Positions 18,726 to 28,641 of a stretch of DNA of 64,000 bases are shown one piece after another. Origin of the DNA: Burkholderiales bacterium (lineage in GTDB: Bacteria; Pseudomonadota; Gammaproteobacteria; Burkholderiales; Casimicrobiaceae); contig JAICKU010000009.1 in NCBI GenBank assembly GCA_025927765.1, forward strand, positions 2,365-66,364. The letters are read 5' to 3'. Below the pieces are notes generated by a model. That model was not told where the DNA came from, searched no databases, and saw only the letters and a list, made by a program, of their open reading frames with translations. How positions within the stretch are numbered: the first letter of the stretch is position 1; the number at the start of each line of letters is the position of its first letter. Both the position numbers and the translations under genes were made by a program.

Positions 18726-20075
18726 ATGTCCCGCGACGCCAAGGCGCTGTCGCTGTGGGATACGTTGCGGTTCCAGCTCCATGTGAGCGTTCCTGCGTTC
18801 CTGCTCGGCGTCGTCGTTCCCAACCGATGGTTCCTGTCGCGCCTCGCGTGCTGGAATGCTGCGCGCCTTGCGCACCGGTTCGTGCGCAAACTGCGGGTCA
18901 AGTACCGCAGCAATCTGCTGTGGCTATGGTTTCCGACGCGACGCACGTTGCTCGTGCTGGCGCCGGCAACGATCGACGCGGTGCTCGCTTCGGGCGACAA
19001 CGCGCCCGATCCGGCGCTCAAGAAGCGCGCGATCTCGCGCTTCGCGCCGGGCGCGCTGGTGATGTCGGGCGACGCCGCGCAAGGCCGACGACGCGCGTTC
19101 AATACGAGCGCGCTCGATCTCGGGCGGCTGCATCGCGACGCCGAAACGTTTGCCCGCATTGCAGCGGGCGAGGTGCGGCGCATGCTCGACGCGCGAACCG
19201 ACGCCCTTCGCTGGAGCGATTTCGAATCGCTCGGCAAGCGCGTCTCGCACCAGATCATTCTCGGCGCCGGGTCGATCGATGACATGCTGGCGGCGGACCT
19301 CGCGCGCATGCTTCGACGCGCCAATCTGCTGTTGCGCGACGAAACGAGCTTCCACGGGTTCCGCATGCGCGTCGGTGCGTCGCTTCGTCGCCATGAAGGC
19401 GCGCCGCCGGCACCGTGCCTGCTGGACATCGCTGCGCGTGCGCTGACCGACGGCAGCGCGTCGCCATCGACGTGCGTCACGTCGCAGGTCGCGTTCTGGT
19501 TCTTCGTGCTGAAGGACGCCGTCGAGCTTCACGTCCCGCGCACGCTGGCGCTGATCGCAGCGCACCCGGACGTGCAAGCGAAGGTGCGCTCCGAGATCCG
19601 GGACGCCGGCGAACTGGCGGCGCCGGCGATCGATCGCCTTCGCTATCTCGAAGCGTGCGTGACCGAACAGTTGCGCCTGTGGACGCCCGTGCCGATGCTG
19701 CTGCGGCGCGCGGTACGACGTTGTCTCGTCGGCGGCGAAATGGTCGAGGCGGGGCAGCAGTTCTTGATTCACGCCGGCTTCTACCATCGGGATCGGCGCG
19801 TGTTCGGTCGCGTGGCGCACGCTTTCGCGCCCGGCGACGCGGCCGCGGGCGCATTGCCGCCGGTGTACGTGTTCAGCGCGCACGGCCGCAGCTGCGCCGG
19901 TCGATCGCTCGTGACTTTCGTGCTGAAGAGCGCGCTCGCCACGATGCTCGCTCGATGTCGCTTCGAGCTCGTGCGCCCCGCGATCGAGCCCGGTCGCATC
20001 CCGTACCTGTACGATCATTTCGACGTCGAGTTGAGGCCAGTGCCCGACGCGCTGACTTCGGCGAGGGACGCATGA
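18726..20075 (+). CDS. Cytochrome P450 family protein (atypical)
   Basis: 449 aa with RBS GAGGAGGG. ExxR motif (ACVTEQLRLWTP) and Cys-ligand loop FSAHGRSCAGRSL (FxxGxRxCxG with His at the first Gly). The I-helix acid-alcohol pair appears to be D-A instead of D/E-T (FFVLKDAVEL). Confidence 0.75.
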   Translation: MSRDAKALSLWDTLRFQLHVSVPAFLLGVVVPNRWFLSRLACWNAARLAHRFVRKLRVKYRSNLLWLWFPTRRTLLVLAPATIDAVLASGDNAPDPALKKRAISRFAPGALVMSGDAAQGRRRAFNTSALDLGRLHRDAETFARIAAGEVRRMLDARTDALRWSDFESLGKRVSHQIILGAGSIDDMLAADLARMLRRANLLLRDETSFHGFRMRVGASLRRHEGAPPAPCLLDIAARALTDGSASPSTCVTSQVAFWFFVLKDAVELHVPRTLALIAAHPDVQAKVRSEIRDAGELAAPAIDRLRYLEACVTEQLRLWTPVPMLLRRAVRRCLVGGEMVEAGQQFLIHAGFYHRDRRVFGRVAHAFAPGDAAAGALPPVYVFSAHGRSCAGRSLVTFVLKSALATMLARCRFELVRPAIEPGRIPYLYDHFDVELRPVPDALTSARDA

Positions 20076-23050
20076 CTCAGCCGTCGGCCGGATCGCAGGC
20101 GCCCGAGCGGCGGCAGCTCACGTTGATGTTCTGCGACATGGTCGGGTCGACTGCGCTGTCCGTTCGCCTGGATCCGGAAGAGCTCGCCGACGTCATTCAA
20201 ACCTACCGGCAGCATTGCGTGACGCTGATCGAGCGCCACGGCGGTTTCGTCGCGCGCTACGTCGGCGACGGGATCCTCGCCTATTTCGGCTATCCGCGCG
20301 CCCACGAGAACGACGCCGAGCGAGCGATTCGCGCCGCGCTCGCAATCGTCGATACGACATGGCCGACCGCCGCGACTGCCGGGCTCGAGGTGCACATCGG
20401 GATCGCGACCGGCGTCGTCGTCGTCGGCGATCTGTCGCAGAGCGGGATGGAGCTGTCCGTGATCGGCAGCGCACCGAACCTCGCCGCTCGCCTGGAGAGC
20501 ATCGCGGCACCGGGTTGCGTCGTCGTATCCGAGCTCACGCGCACGCTCGCCGGCCGGCTGTTCGACTACCGGGATCTCGGTCGCCACGACCTCAAGGGAT
20601 TCGACGCGCCGGTTCCGGCGTGGCAGGTGACAGGCGAGCGCGAGGTCGGAAGCCGTTTCCATGCGCTGCGTACTGCGATGACGCTCGTCGATCGCGTGCG
20701 AGAGCTCGACGAACTGCAGCGTCTCTGGACGCTCGTGCGGCGCGGCGAAGGCCACGCGGTGTTGATCACGTCCGAGGCCGGCGTCGGCAAATCGCGTCTC
20801 ACCGAAGCGCTCGCCGAGCGCATCGATCCGGATTGCCTGCGCGTCTGGTATCACGCATCGCCGAACCTGCAAGGCAGTCCGCTCGCGCCGGTGATTCGCC
20901 AGTTCACCATCGCGGCTGGGCTGGCCGAGGACGACGACGAGGCGACGAGGCGTCGCAAGCTCGCGCAGTTCGTTCCCGCGGAGGCGCCGGGCGCCGCGGA
21001 CATCGTGGCATTTCTCGCCACATTCCTGCCGGCGCGGGGCGACGCAGGTCGCAGCGGTGAAATGTCGCCGCAGAGGCACAAGCGACTGATTTTCGAGATG
21101 CTGATGCGCTCGCTCGGCGCGTTCGCTGCGCGCGGGCCGATGTTTCTCGTGATCGAGGACCTCCACTGGATCGATCCGACGTCCGACGAACTGATCGGCG
21201 TTCTGCTCGAACGATTGAGCTCCATGCCCATCCTGCTCGTGCTGACTGCGCGGCCCGAGTTCCAGGCACATTGGCAGGACCAGCGACGGCTTGCGCAACT
21301 GCAACTCGGTCCGCTTTCGCGTGGCGACGCCACCGCGATGATCGGACTCGTCTGCGGCGCGCGCAGCCTACCGGACGAGACCGTCGCCGAAATCGCCGAC
21401 AAGACGGACGGAATGCCGCTGTTCATCGAGGACCTGACGAGGGACGTCCTCGAAAGCGCCGGCACGCGCAGCGTATCGGCTGCGCCGCCGCTGTCGATAC
21501 CGACGACGTTGCGCGATGCGCTGACCTCGCGCCTCGATCGGCTGGGATCGGCCAGGGCCGTGGCGGAAGTCGCGGCCGTCATCGGACGCGAATTTTCGTA
21601 CGAGCTGCTCGCGAAGGTCGTGGAGCTTCCCGAAGAGCGGCTGCGCGACGAGCTCTACCAACTGGTGGATGCCGGCCTTCTCGTCGCGCGCCGAACCAGT
21701 GCCACGCCCGGCTACGCCTTCAGGCACGCGCTCGTGCGCGACGCCGCGTATTCGTGCCTGCTCAGGAAGAAGCAGGCGACGTTGCATGCGCGCATCGCGA
21801 CTGCATTGGTCAACTGTTTCCCCGAGACCGCCGAGTCGCAGCCTGAAGTGCTCGCCTATCACTTCGATGCAGCGCACGACGTCGACAACGCGGTCGATTT
21901 TCTCGTCAAGGCCGCCAAGCTTGCGGCGCGGCGATCGGGCTTCTGCGAAGCGATCGGGCAGCTCGAGCGCGCGCTGGCGCTTCTCGCGGGCCTGCCGCAT
22001 TCGCGCGAGCGCCTGCGCCGCGAGATGAACGTGTACCGAACGCTCGGCGGCATTTACGCCGAGCAGCGTGGCTTTTCGTCTGCGGAATGCGGCCGGGCCT
22101 ACACGACGGCGCTCGAGTTGTGTCGTGAAGTGGGCAATGCGCCGGAGATTTTTTCGGTGCTGTCCGGACTCGGCTCCTACGCGATCACGCGCGCCGAGTT
22201 CGATCGGTGCAAGGCGCTTGCCGCCGAATGTCTGTCGCGTGCGGCAACACAAGCGTCCAAGCCGCCGTTCGTCATGGGCCACCTGCTGTACGGCGGCACG
22301 CTGTTCTTGCAGGGCGAACTCGGGCAGGCGTGCGCGCACCTCGAGGAGGCGATTCGCATCTACGACGACGACCAGCCGTCGCGCCGGCAGAAGCAGGTGC
22401 TCTACGTGCAGGACCAGAAGTCGACCGGACTCAGCTATCTCGCGCTCACCCTGACGATCATGGGTGAGGTCGAGCGTGGACTCGCGGCCGGTGAAACCGG
22501 CCTCGCGCATTCGCGGTCGCTGGGCGGACTTCACACGGTCAATTTCTCGCTTACGTATCTCGCCGCCGTGCATCACATCCGCGGCGATACACAGGCGGCG
22601 TTCGAGCGCGCGACCGAATCGCTCGCCGCTGCGCGCGAACTGGGCTTTGCGACGTGGATCGGCATTTCGCAAATGATCCGCGGCGCCTCGCTGGTGAGGC
22701 AGGGATCGCATGTCGAAGGCCTCGCCGAGCTCCGCCGCGGCATGACGGCGCATGTCGACATGGAGGCGAGCACATATCAGCCCTTCGCGATGGCGCTGAT
22801 GGCGGAAGGCCTGGTCGCGACGCGTCATGCCGACGAGGCGCTCGCCACGCTGAAGCGCGCAATCGCCAGCAGCGAAGCAAAAGGCGAGCGCTTCTACGCG
22901 GCGGAGCTACGCCGCCTGCAGGCGGACGCGATGCGCGCGTGCGGCCAACCGCGCGACGCCGAGCGAACCTTGCACGAGGCGATCGACATCGCGCAGCGCC
23001 AGCAGGCGAAGCTGTTCGAGGTGCGCGCACGTGCGCAGTTGCAGACTTAA
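20072..23050 (+). CDS. Class III adenylate/guanylate cyclase - AAA(STAND-like) ATPase - TPR multidomain protein
   Basis: The longest ORF (from 19415) has a 219-aa Arg-rich extension overlapping the P450 gene. I prefer ATG 20072 (ATGA overlap with the P450 stop). Cyclase motifs: LTLMFCDMVGSTALS, YVGDGILAYFG, HIGIATGVVVVGD, GSAPNLAARLESIAAPGCVVVSE. Walker A SEAGVGKSRL. The C-terminal half carries helical TPR-like repeats. Confidence 0.88.
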   Translation: MTQPSAGSQAPERRQLTLMFCDMVGSTALSVRLDPEELADVIQTYRQHCVTLIERHGGFVARYVGDGILAYFGYPRAHENDAERAIRAALAIVDTTWPTAATAGLEVHIGIATGVVVVGDLSQSGMELSVIGSAPNLAARLESIAAPGCVVVSELTRTLAGRLFDYRDLGRHDLKGFDAPVPAWQVTGEREVGSRFHALRTAMTLVDRVRELDELQRLWTLVRRGEGHAVLITSEAGVGKSRLTEALAERIDPDCLRVWYHASPNLQGSPLAPVIRQFTIAAGLAEDDDEATRRRKLAQFVPAEAPGAADIVAFLATFLPARGDAGRSGEMSPQRHKRLIFEMLMRSLGAFAARGPMFLVIEDLHWIDPTSDELIGVLLERLSSMPILLVLTARPEFQAHWQDQRRLAQLQLGPLSRGDATAMIGLVCGARSLPDETVAEIADKTDGMPLFIEDLTRDVLESAGTRSVSAAPPLSIPTTLRDALTSRLDRLGSARAVAEVAAVIGREFSYELLAKVVELPEERLRDELYQLVDAGLLVARRTSATPGYAFRHALVRDAAYSCLLRKKQATLHARIATALVNCFPETAESQPEVLAYHFDAAHDVDNAVDFLVKAAKLAARRSGFCEAIGQLERALALLAGLPHSRERLRREMNVYRTLGGIYAEQRGFSSAECGRAYTTALELCREVGNAPEIFSVLSGLGSYAITRAEFDRCKALAAECLSRAATQASKPPFVMGHLLYGGTLFLQGELGQACAHLEEAIRIYDDDQPSRRQKQVLYVQDQKSTGLSYLALTLTIMGEVERGLAAGETGLAHSRSLGGLHTVNFSLTYLAAVHHIRGDTQAAFERATESLAAARELGFATWIGISQMIRGASLVRQGSHVEGLAELRRGMTAHVDMEASTYQPFAMALMAEGLVATRHADEALATLKRAIASSEAKGERFYAAELRRLQADAMRACGQPRDAERTLHEAIDIAQRQQAKLFEVRARAQLQT

Positions 23051-23059
23051 AATGCCGGG

Positions 23060-24046
23060 ATGAACTCGCAATCTCCCGCACCCTGGACCTTCGCGGCGCG
23101 CGCCGCGTATTTTGGCGATCGGGTGTGCGCCTTCTGTCATCACCACAATCCGGCGGGTGCAAAGTTTTGCAACGACTGCGCCTCGCCGCTGCAGCTGAAG
23201 CCGTGCAACCAATGCGATGCAATCAATGATCTGGCTGCGACGCGCTGCCACAACTGCGGCGCGGCGTTTCCGCTGTCATTCGGTCCATACGACGCCACTT
23301 CAGGAGTGCGAACCGCGCCTCCCACGCCTGCCGGCGCGACAGCAGCCGACGCAGCCGTCGCCGCAATCGGGACGCAACCCGTGTTTGTCACCTCCGCGTT
23401 GCGAGCCTATTGGCGCTTGGTGAGGCCAGGACAGTTCCTGTTGGCCGTTGCGGCGGTGATGCTCGTCGCAGGTGCGTATGCGGTGCACCACATCGATGCA
23501 ATGTCGCCCGACGGCCCGAAGGAAGCCGCCTCGCAAGCGAGCAATGCTCGAGAGAACGGCGCGCGCGCGGCGACGCCCGCCGTGGCCACGGCTGTGGAGC
23601 CGAGGCCCGTGAAGCCGAAGCCGGCGGCCCCGGGGCCCGCGGAGCCGAAGCCGGTGGAACCCGAGATGAACGCGGCCCTCCAGGCGCCACCTCCCGCTAT
23701 CGCCTCCGAGGCACCGACGCCCGCCACTTCGCGTCCACGGTCGGTGCCCATTCCCGCGACGAAGCGTGCAAGCGCGTATCAACGCCCAGCGCCTGCGCGA
23801 ACATCGGCCGCTACCCCACGGCTTGCACAAAGTCGCCCCGCTACGCGCGTCCGTGCGCCGGTTGCGGAACATCGCAAAGTGCCGGGCGCGGATGCGTGGC
23901 ACGCGATGCAGGTGAACCTGGCGCGCTGCAGCGGTGACCTGATCGCTCGCATCGTGTGCGACCAACGGGTGCGTCAACGCTTCTGCGCAGGCCGTTGGGG
24001 CAGGACGCCGGAATGCGCGAGCTTCAGCAACGAGCACGGACAGTGA
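23060..24046 (+). CDS. Zinc-ribbon domain membrane protein with Pro/Ala-rich linker
   Basis: 328 aa. N-terminal double zinc ribbon CAFCHHHNPAGAKFCNDC...CNQCDAINDLAATRCHNC, one TM helix (FLLAVAAVMLVAGAYAV), a Pro/Ala-rich low-complexity region, and a Cys-containing C-terminus (CSGDLIARIVCDQRVRQRFC). It starts 9 nt after the cyclase gene. Confidence 0.7.
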   Translation: MNSQSPAPWTFAARAAYFGDRVCAFCHHHNPAGAKFCNDCASPLQLKPCNQCDAINDLAATRCHNCGAAFPLSFGPYDATSGVRTAPPTPAGATAADAAVAAIGTQPVFVTSALRAYWRLVRPGQFLLAVAAVMLVAGAYAVHHIDAMSPDGPKEAASQASNARENGARAATPAVATAVEPRPVKPKPAAPGPAEPKPVEPEMNAALQAPPPAIASEAPTPATSRPRSVPIPATKRASAYQRPAPARTSAATPRLAQSRPATRVRAPVAEHRKVPGADAWHAMQVNLARCSGDLIARIVCDQRVRQRFCAGRWGRTPECASFSNEHGQ

Positions 24047-24057
24047 CCCTCACGCCA

Positions 24058-24336
24058 CTAATCTCGCTTGCCGGACTCCGGCGCGTCGTCTGCGCCGAGA
24101 CCTGCCCGCTCCTTGAGGCGGTATGACGGCGCGACGACGTCGGTGGCATTGTCGATCTCGCTCAGCGCTTCGTTACACATCGATAACGCGCGGCCGGCAT
24201 GGCCGCCCGCCACCTCGTCGCGGATTGCGACGATGTAGCCGTGCAGCCTTTGCGCGAAGAGTTCCGCTTCTTCGAGTTCCCGGGTAAGCCGCTCCATCTG
24301 TTCCTGGTCATTGGGCCCGTGCAGCGCGTCTGCCAT
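24058..24336 (-). CDS. Hypothetical small acidic coiled-coil protein
   Basis: 92-aa ORF with coding-like codon bias. It lies 36 nt downstream of another small ORF on the same strand. No family recognised. Confidence 0.45.
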   Translation of the reverse strand: MADALHGPNDQEQMERLTRELEEAELFAQRLHGYIVAIRDEVAGGHAGRALSMCNEALSEIDNATDVVAPSYRLKERAGLGADDAPESGKRD

Positions 24337-24372
24337 GGTCCGCTCCTTGCGTTGGCCACCGTCTTCGCGACG

Positions 24373-24582
24373 CTAACCCCGACGCCGTCTCTTTTTCGAC
24401 GTGGGACGAGTACCGAAGCCCCAGAACGCGAGCGAATGCCGGGTTGCCTCGTCCATCGCGGCCTTCGTTTGACGCCGTGCGCTCGCGGTCACCTGACTGC
24501 GCGTCTTGCCGAGAAGCGCGTTGGCGCCGCTCAACCACATGCTCAGAAACGGATTTCTCTTTCCCCACGGGTTGTAGCTCAT
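24373..24582 (-). CDS. Hypothetical small basic protein
   Basis: 69-aa ORF (MSYNPWGKRNPFLSMWLSGANALLGK...KKRRRRG) with a basic tail. No family recognised. Confidence 0.4.
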   Translation of the reverse strand: MSYNPWGKRNPFLSMWLSGANALLGKTRSQVTASARRQTKAAMDEATRHSLAFWGFGTRPTSKKRRRRG

Positions 24583-24855
24583 TCACATGCCTCTCTCTAT
24601 GTTCGGCAATCGGTCGAAAGTGTCGAAATTCGCCTGTCGGTCAATGTGACCCATTTCACGTGGGCGGCGCCACTGTGGCGGTTCGTGAAATGGTGTCGGA
24701 CATTCGCTCACACACTACAAATCATGTTCCGGCAACATCCGGGCGGGCAGGACGCTCGATCGACGCAGGCTACGATCTGCAATGTCATGATGAATTGCTC
24801 GCTAGCCGGGGCAAGGATCGCGCCACGGCCCCATGGATGCGGCCTGGATCAACTC

Positions 24856-24888
24856 GTCCTCCGATGCTTGTAAACGCCGGGAGGACGC
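24856..24888 (-). terminator. Hairpin immediately downstream of ppc (candidate terminator)
   Basis: Perfect 8-bp arms CGTCCTCC (24856-24863) and GGAGGACG (24881-24888) with a 17-nt loop, 5 nt from the ppc stop. There is no clear U-tract. Confidence 0.4.
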
Positions 24889-24892
24889 GAAT

Positions 24893-27814
24893 TCAACCGC
24901 TGTTGCGAAGTCCCGCTGCCAGGCCGTTGATCGTGAGGTGAATCGCACGCCGCGTTCGATCGTCGCTCTGCCCGGCACGATAGCGTTTCAAAAGCTCCAC
25001 CTGCAGGTGGTTGAGCGGGTCGAGATACGGGAAGCGGTTGCGGATGCTGCGCTCGAGCGGCGGATTGTCTTCGAGCAATGTGCGCTGACGCGACACGGCC
25101 AACACATGGCGCACCGTGCGCGCATGCTCGTCGGCGATCCGGTCGAAAACGCGGCGCCGCAACCCCTCGTCGGGCACGAGTTCGGCGTACCGCGAGCCGA
25201 TGGCAAGATCACTCTTTGCCAGCACCATCGCCATGTTCGAGACGACGCTGCGGAAGAACGGCCAGCGCGCGTGCATTTCGCGCAGCAGCGACATGCCGTC
25301 CTCTCGACTGGACAGCCAAGCATCGACCGCGGCGCCGAAGCCGTACCAGCCCGGCAGCATCAGGCGGCACTGCGCCCAGCTGAACACCCACGGAATCGCG
25401 CGCAGGTGCTCGATCTGCGACGATCCGGTCCGCGACGCCGGGCGGCTGCCGATGTTGAGCTCGGCGATTTCCCGGATCGGCGTCGACGCGCGGAAATAGT
25501 CGACGAATCCCGGCGTGTCGTAGACCAGTGAACGATAGGCGCGATGGGCGTGCGCGGAAAGCTCGTCCAGCGCCTTGTGGTAGGCGGACCCCCGCTCACC
25601 GATGCGCTCGCTGTCGACGAGTCCCGCTTCGAGTGCCGCCGCCACGATCGTTTCCAGGTTGCGGCGACCGAGCTCCGGGTCGGAGTACTTACTCGCGATG
25701 ATCTCGCCTTGCTCCGTCATTCGCAGACCGCCGCCCGCAGCACCGGGCGGTTGCGCGAGGATCGCGTCGTAACTCGGGCCGCCCCCGCGGCCCACGGTGC
25801 CGCCGCGGCCGTGGAAAATGCGCAGCCGGACGCCGTGCGAGGCGAACGTTTTCGCGAGCGTTCGCTCGGCCCGGTACAGCGCCCAGTTCGCCGTCAGGTA
25901 CCCGCCGTCCTTATTGCTGTCGGAATAGCCGATCATCACTTCCTGCCAATCGGCACCGTTGGCGAGCATCTGGCGATAGCGCGGAATCGCGAACGCTGCC
26001 GCCATCACGTCGCCGCAATGTTCGAGATCGTCGATCGTCTCGAACAGCGGCACGATCGCCATGGCAAGCGTGTCGTCGCGCAGCAGGCCGACCTCCTTCT
26101 GCAGCACCGCGACCTCGAGCAGGTCGGACGGGCTTTGGCACTTCGAGATCACGTATTGGCGCAATGCGGCGGGACCGAACCGGGCGTGAACTTCGGCGGC
26201 CTTCGTCAGCACCGCCAGTTCCGTTGCGCTACGTTCGGACAGGGCTTGCCAGGGAGCATGCAAAAGGCGCGGGGTCGCGAGTTCGCGTTCGAGCAGCGCG
26301 ACGCGTTCCGTTTCCGGCAACGACGCGTAATCGGCGTCGACGCCGGCTCGCGCGAACAGCTCCGCGACGACCAGCTCGTGCACGTCGCTGCTCTGGCGCA
26401 GATCGAGCGTCGCCAGATGGAAACCGAACACGTCGACTGCGCGGCGCAGGGGATGCAATCGCCGGGCAGCGAGATCGGACGATCCGTGCATCGCGAGCGA
26501 CTCGGCAATCGTGTCGAGATCCGCAGCGAACTCGCCCGGCGAGCGATACTGCACGCCCTCCGCGTGCGGTGGCCGCACCGGCGTGTGCTGTGCCAGTTCC
26601 TGCGCCGTTGCGCACAAGCGGCTGTAGATGCCGGTGAGCGCCTGGCGATAGGGTTCGTCGGATCGATGCGGGTTGTTGTCGTGCGCGCCGGCGGCGAGCG
26701 CCATGAGCGATGCGCTCGGCGTGACGAGGCGCGTGGAGAGCGGCAGCTCGGCGCCGAGCTGATGCACCTCGGCAAGGTAATGCTCGAAGGCGACGCGCGC
26801 CTGAGCGTGCACCGCATAGTCGAGCGTCTCTGCGGTGACGTTCGGGTTCCCGTCGCGATCGCCCCCAATCCACGAGCCGAGGCGAAAGAACGACGGCACG
26901 CGTAGGGCAGCGTACGTGTTCACGACCTGCCCTTCGAGCGCCGCGTAGAGACGCGGAACTTCGGCGAGAAACGTGTAGCGGTAATACGCCAACCCGTTGT
27001 CGATTTCATCGGCGACGCGCAGGCGCGACAGGCGCAGCATGGCCGTCTGCCACAGCGTCAGCACCTGGGTGCGCAATGCGCGCTCCCACGCGGCCGACTC
27101 GTGTTGCGTCAGCGGCGTGCGGTCGCGCCAGACGAGAAGACGCGCGATTTCGCGCTCGGCATCGAGGATGCTCTTGCGCTGCACTTCGGTCGGATGCGCG
27201 GTGAGGACCGGAGAGACCAGCGCGACGTCCAACCACTGCTGCAGCGCTTCGGCCGGAACGTTTGCAGCGGAGAGCCGCGCCAATGCATGCGCGATGCTGC
27301 CCGCGCGCGGCGGCGACGCGACCATTTCGTAGGCGCGGCGGCGCCGTATGCGGTGCACGTCTTCCGCGATGTTCGCAAGGTGCGAGAAGTAGCTGAAGGC
27401 GCGTACGACATCGAGCACTTCGCCGACCGCGAGAGGATTGAGAAGCGCGGACAGCGCGTCGCGCGCCTCCTGCGCTTCTTCGTCGTGCGCGCGGCGGAAC
27501 CGGATCGCGGTTTGGCGGATCGCCTCGATGCGCTCGAATCCCTCGCCACCGGTTTGTGCGCGCAGTACGTCCCCGAGCACGCGGCCGAGGAGGCGCGTGT
27601 CGTTGCGCAGCGGCAGTTCCTTCTCGTCGGGCGGCCGTGCATTCATTGCGTCGCGAATGACCCTTTCTCGCAACAGGACCCGGCACGCCGCCGCGACCCG
27701 TTCGGTGATGTCACTGCTTGCATCCAATTCTTCTCTGCGAATGCTTGGAGCGGGGCGACGCCGATGCGTCGCCGACACCGGTGCCGGGAACGAGGTCCTC
27801 GCGAAAGGATGCAA
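24893..27814 (-). CDS. ppc: Phosphoenolpyruvate carboxylase
   Basis: 973-aa ORF with LRNDTRLLGRVLGDVL near the N-terminus, VLTAHPTEVQRKS, GYSDSNKDGGYLTANW, FHGRGGTVGRGGGP, and the C-terminal end INGLAAGLRNSG. An alternative start is ATG 27646. Confidence 0.95.
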   Translation of the reverse strand: MHPFARTSFPAPVSATHRRRPAPSIRREELDASSDITERVAAACRVLLRERVIRDAMNARPPDEKELPLRNDTRLLGRVLGDVLRAQTGGEGFERIEAIRQTAIRFRRAHDEEAQEARDALSALLNPLAVGEVLDVVRAFSYFSHLANIAEDVHRIRRRRAYEMVASPPRAGSIAHALARLSAANVPAEALQQWLDVALVSPVLTAHPTEVQRKSILDAEREIARLLVWRDRTPLTQHESAAWERALRTQVLTLWQTAMLRLSRLRVADEIDNGLAYYRYTFLAEVPRLYAALEGQVVNTYAALRVPSFFRLGSWIGGDRDGNPNVTAETLDYAVHAQARVAFEHYLAEVHQLGAELPLSTRLVTPSASLMALAAGAHDNNPHRSDEPYRQALTGIYSRLCATAQELAQHTPVRPPHAEGVQYRSPGEFAADLDTIAESLAMHGSSDLAARRLHPLRRAVDVFGFHLATLDLRQSSDVHELVVAELFARAGVDADYASLPETERVALLERELATPRLLHAPWQALSERSATELAVLTKAAEVHARFGPAALRQYVISKCQSPSDLLEVAVLQKEVGLLRDDTLAMAIVPLFETIDDLEHCGDVMAAAFAIPRYRQMLANGADWQEVMIGYSDSNKDGGYLTANWALYRAERTLAKTFASHGVRLRIFHGRGGTVGRGGGPSYDAILAQPPGAAGGGLRMTEQGEIIASKYSDPELGRRNLETIVAAALEAGLVDSERIGERGSAYHKALDELSAHAHRAYRSLVYDTPGFVDYFRASTPIREIAELNIGSRPASRTGSSQIEHLRAIPWVFSWAQCRLMLPGWYGFGAAVDAWLSSREDGMSLLREMHARWPFFRSVVSNMAMVLAKSDLAIGSRYAELVPDEGLRRRVFDRIADEHARTVRHVLAVSRQRTLLEDNPPLERSIRNRFPYLDPLNHLQVELLKRYRAGQSDDRTRRAIHLTINGLAAGLRNSG

Positions 27815-27909
27815 CAGTGTGGTCCGACCGCGAGCACAATATGGGCGACCAGATGCGAAAGTCGTGCGATGGTCAGTGCAACCGACTGAACGGGCGAATT
27901 TTCATGCCG

Positions 27910-28641
27910 CTACCACGCCTTGCCGAATTCGGCGATGACGCGCTCGATGTGACTTTGCATTTGCGCGCTTGCCGTGCCCGGGTCTCGCGCCGCGAGCGCG
28001 TTGAAGATTCGCTGATGGTCGCGGATCGCCGCTTCCCGAAGGGCCGGCGTATGGAAGTGCTCCTCGGTCTTCTCCCACATCGGGCCGTGGCGCCGGTCCC
28101 ACATCGCCCCGACGATCTCCCTCAGGATCCCGTTGCCCGTGGCCGATGCGATCGCCACGTGGAACGCCTTGTCGGCCGCCTCGTTGGCGCGCTTGTCGCT
28201 CAGCGTCTCCTTCATCGCCACGATCGTCGCGTAGATCGCATCGAGATCGGAGTCCTTTGCAGCGATCGCGGCGGCACCGCAGATGGGCGGCTCGACGATC
28301 AGGCGGCTTCGCAGCAGCTCGAACGGTCCTGCAGACCCTTTCGGTATCAGCGATGAAGGCGCGGCGGCCCGCACGTAGATTCCGGACGCCGCTCTCACCT
28401 CGACGATGCCGCGAATCTCCAACGCGATGATCGCTTCGCGAATCGCGGTCCGGCTTACGCGATACCGCTCCGCAAGCTCCCGTTCCGACGGCAGGCGATC
28501 ACCCGGGGCCAGCTCTCCCCGCGCAATCAACGCCGCGATCTTGCCCGCGAGGCGTTCGTACGACCGCTCGTCGTCGCGCTCCGGCACGTTCGACTCGTGC
28601 CCCGCGGAAGCGCGCACAGTGGATCCCAGGATCAGAGGCAT
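27910..28641 (-). CDS. GntR/FadR family transcriptional regulator
   Basis: 243 aa. wHTH LPSERELAERYRVSRTAIREAIIALEIRGIVEVR followed by a helical FCD-type C-terminal domain. Confidence 0.88.
   Translation of the reverse strand: MPLILGSTVRASAGHESNVPERDDERSYERLAGKIAALIARGELAPGDRLPSERELAERYRVSRTAIREAIIALEIRGIVEVRAASGIYVRAAAPSSLIPKGSAGPFELLRSRLIVEPPICGAAAIAAKDSDLDAIYATIVAMKETLSDKRANEAADKAFHVAIASATGNGILREIVGAMWDRRHGPMWEKTEEHFHTPALREAAIRDHQRIFNALAARDPGTASAQMQSHIERVIAEFGKAW

Noticed and set aside
19415-20071. A 219-aa N-terminal extension of the cyclase-AAA-TPR ORF.
   Set aside because: It is extremely Arg-rich and overlaps the P450 gene in another frame. The cyclase domain begins right after ATG 20072, which forms an ATGA overlap with the P450 stop.
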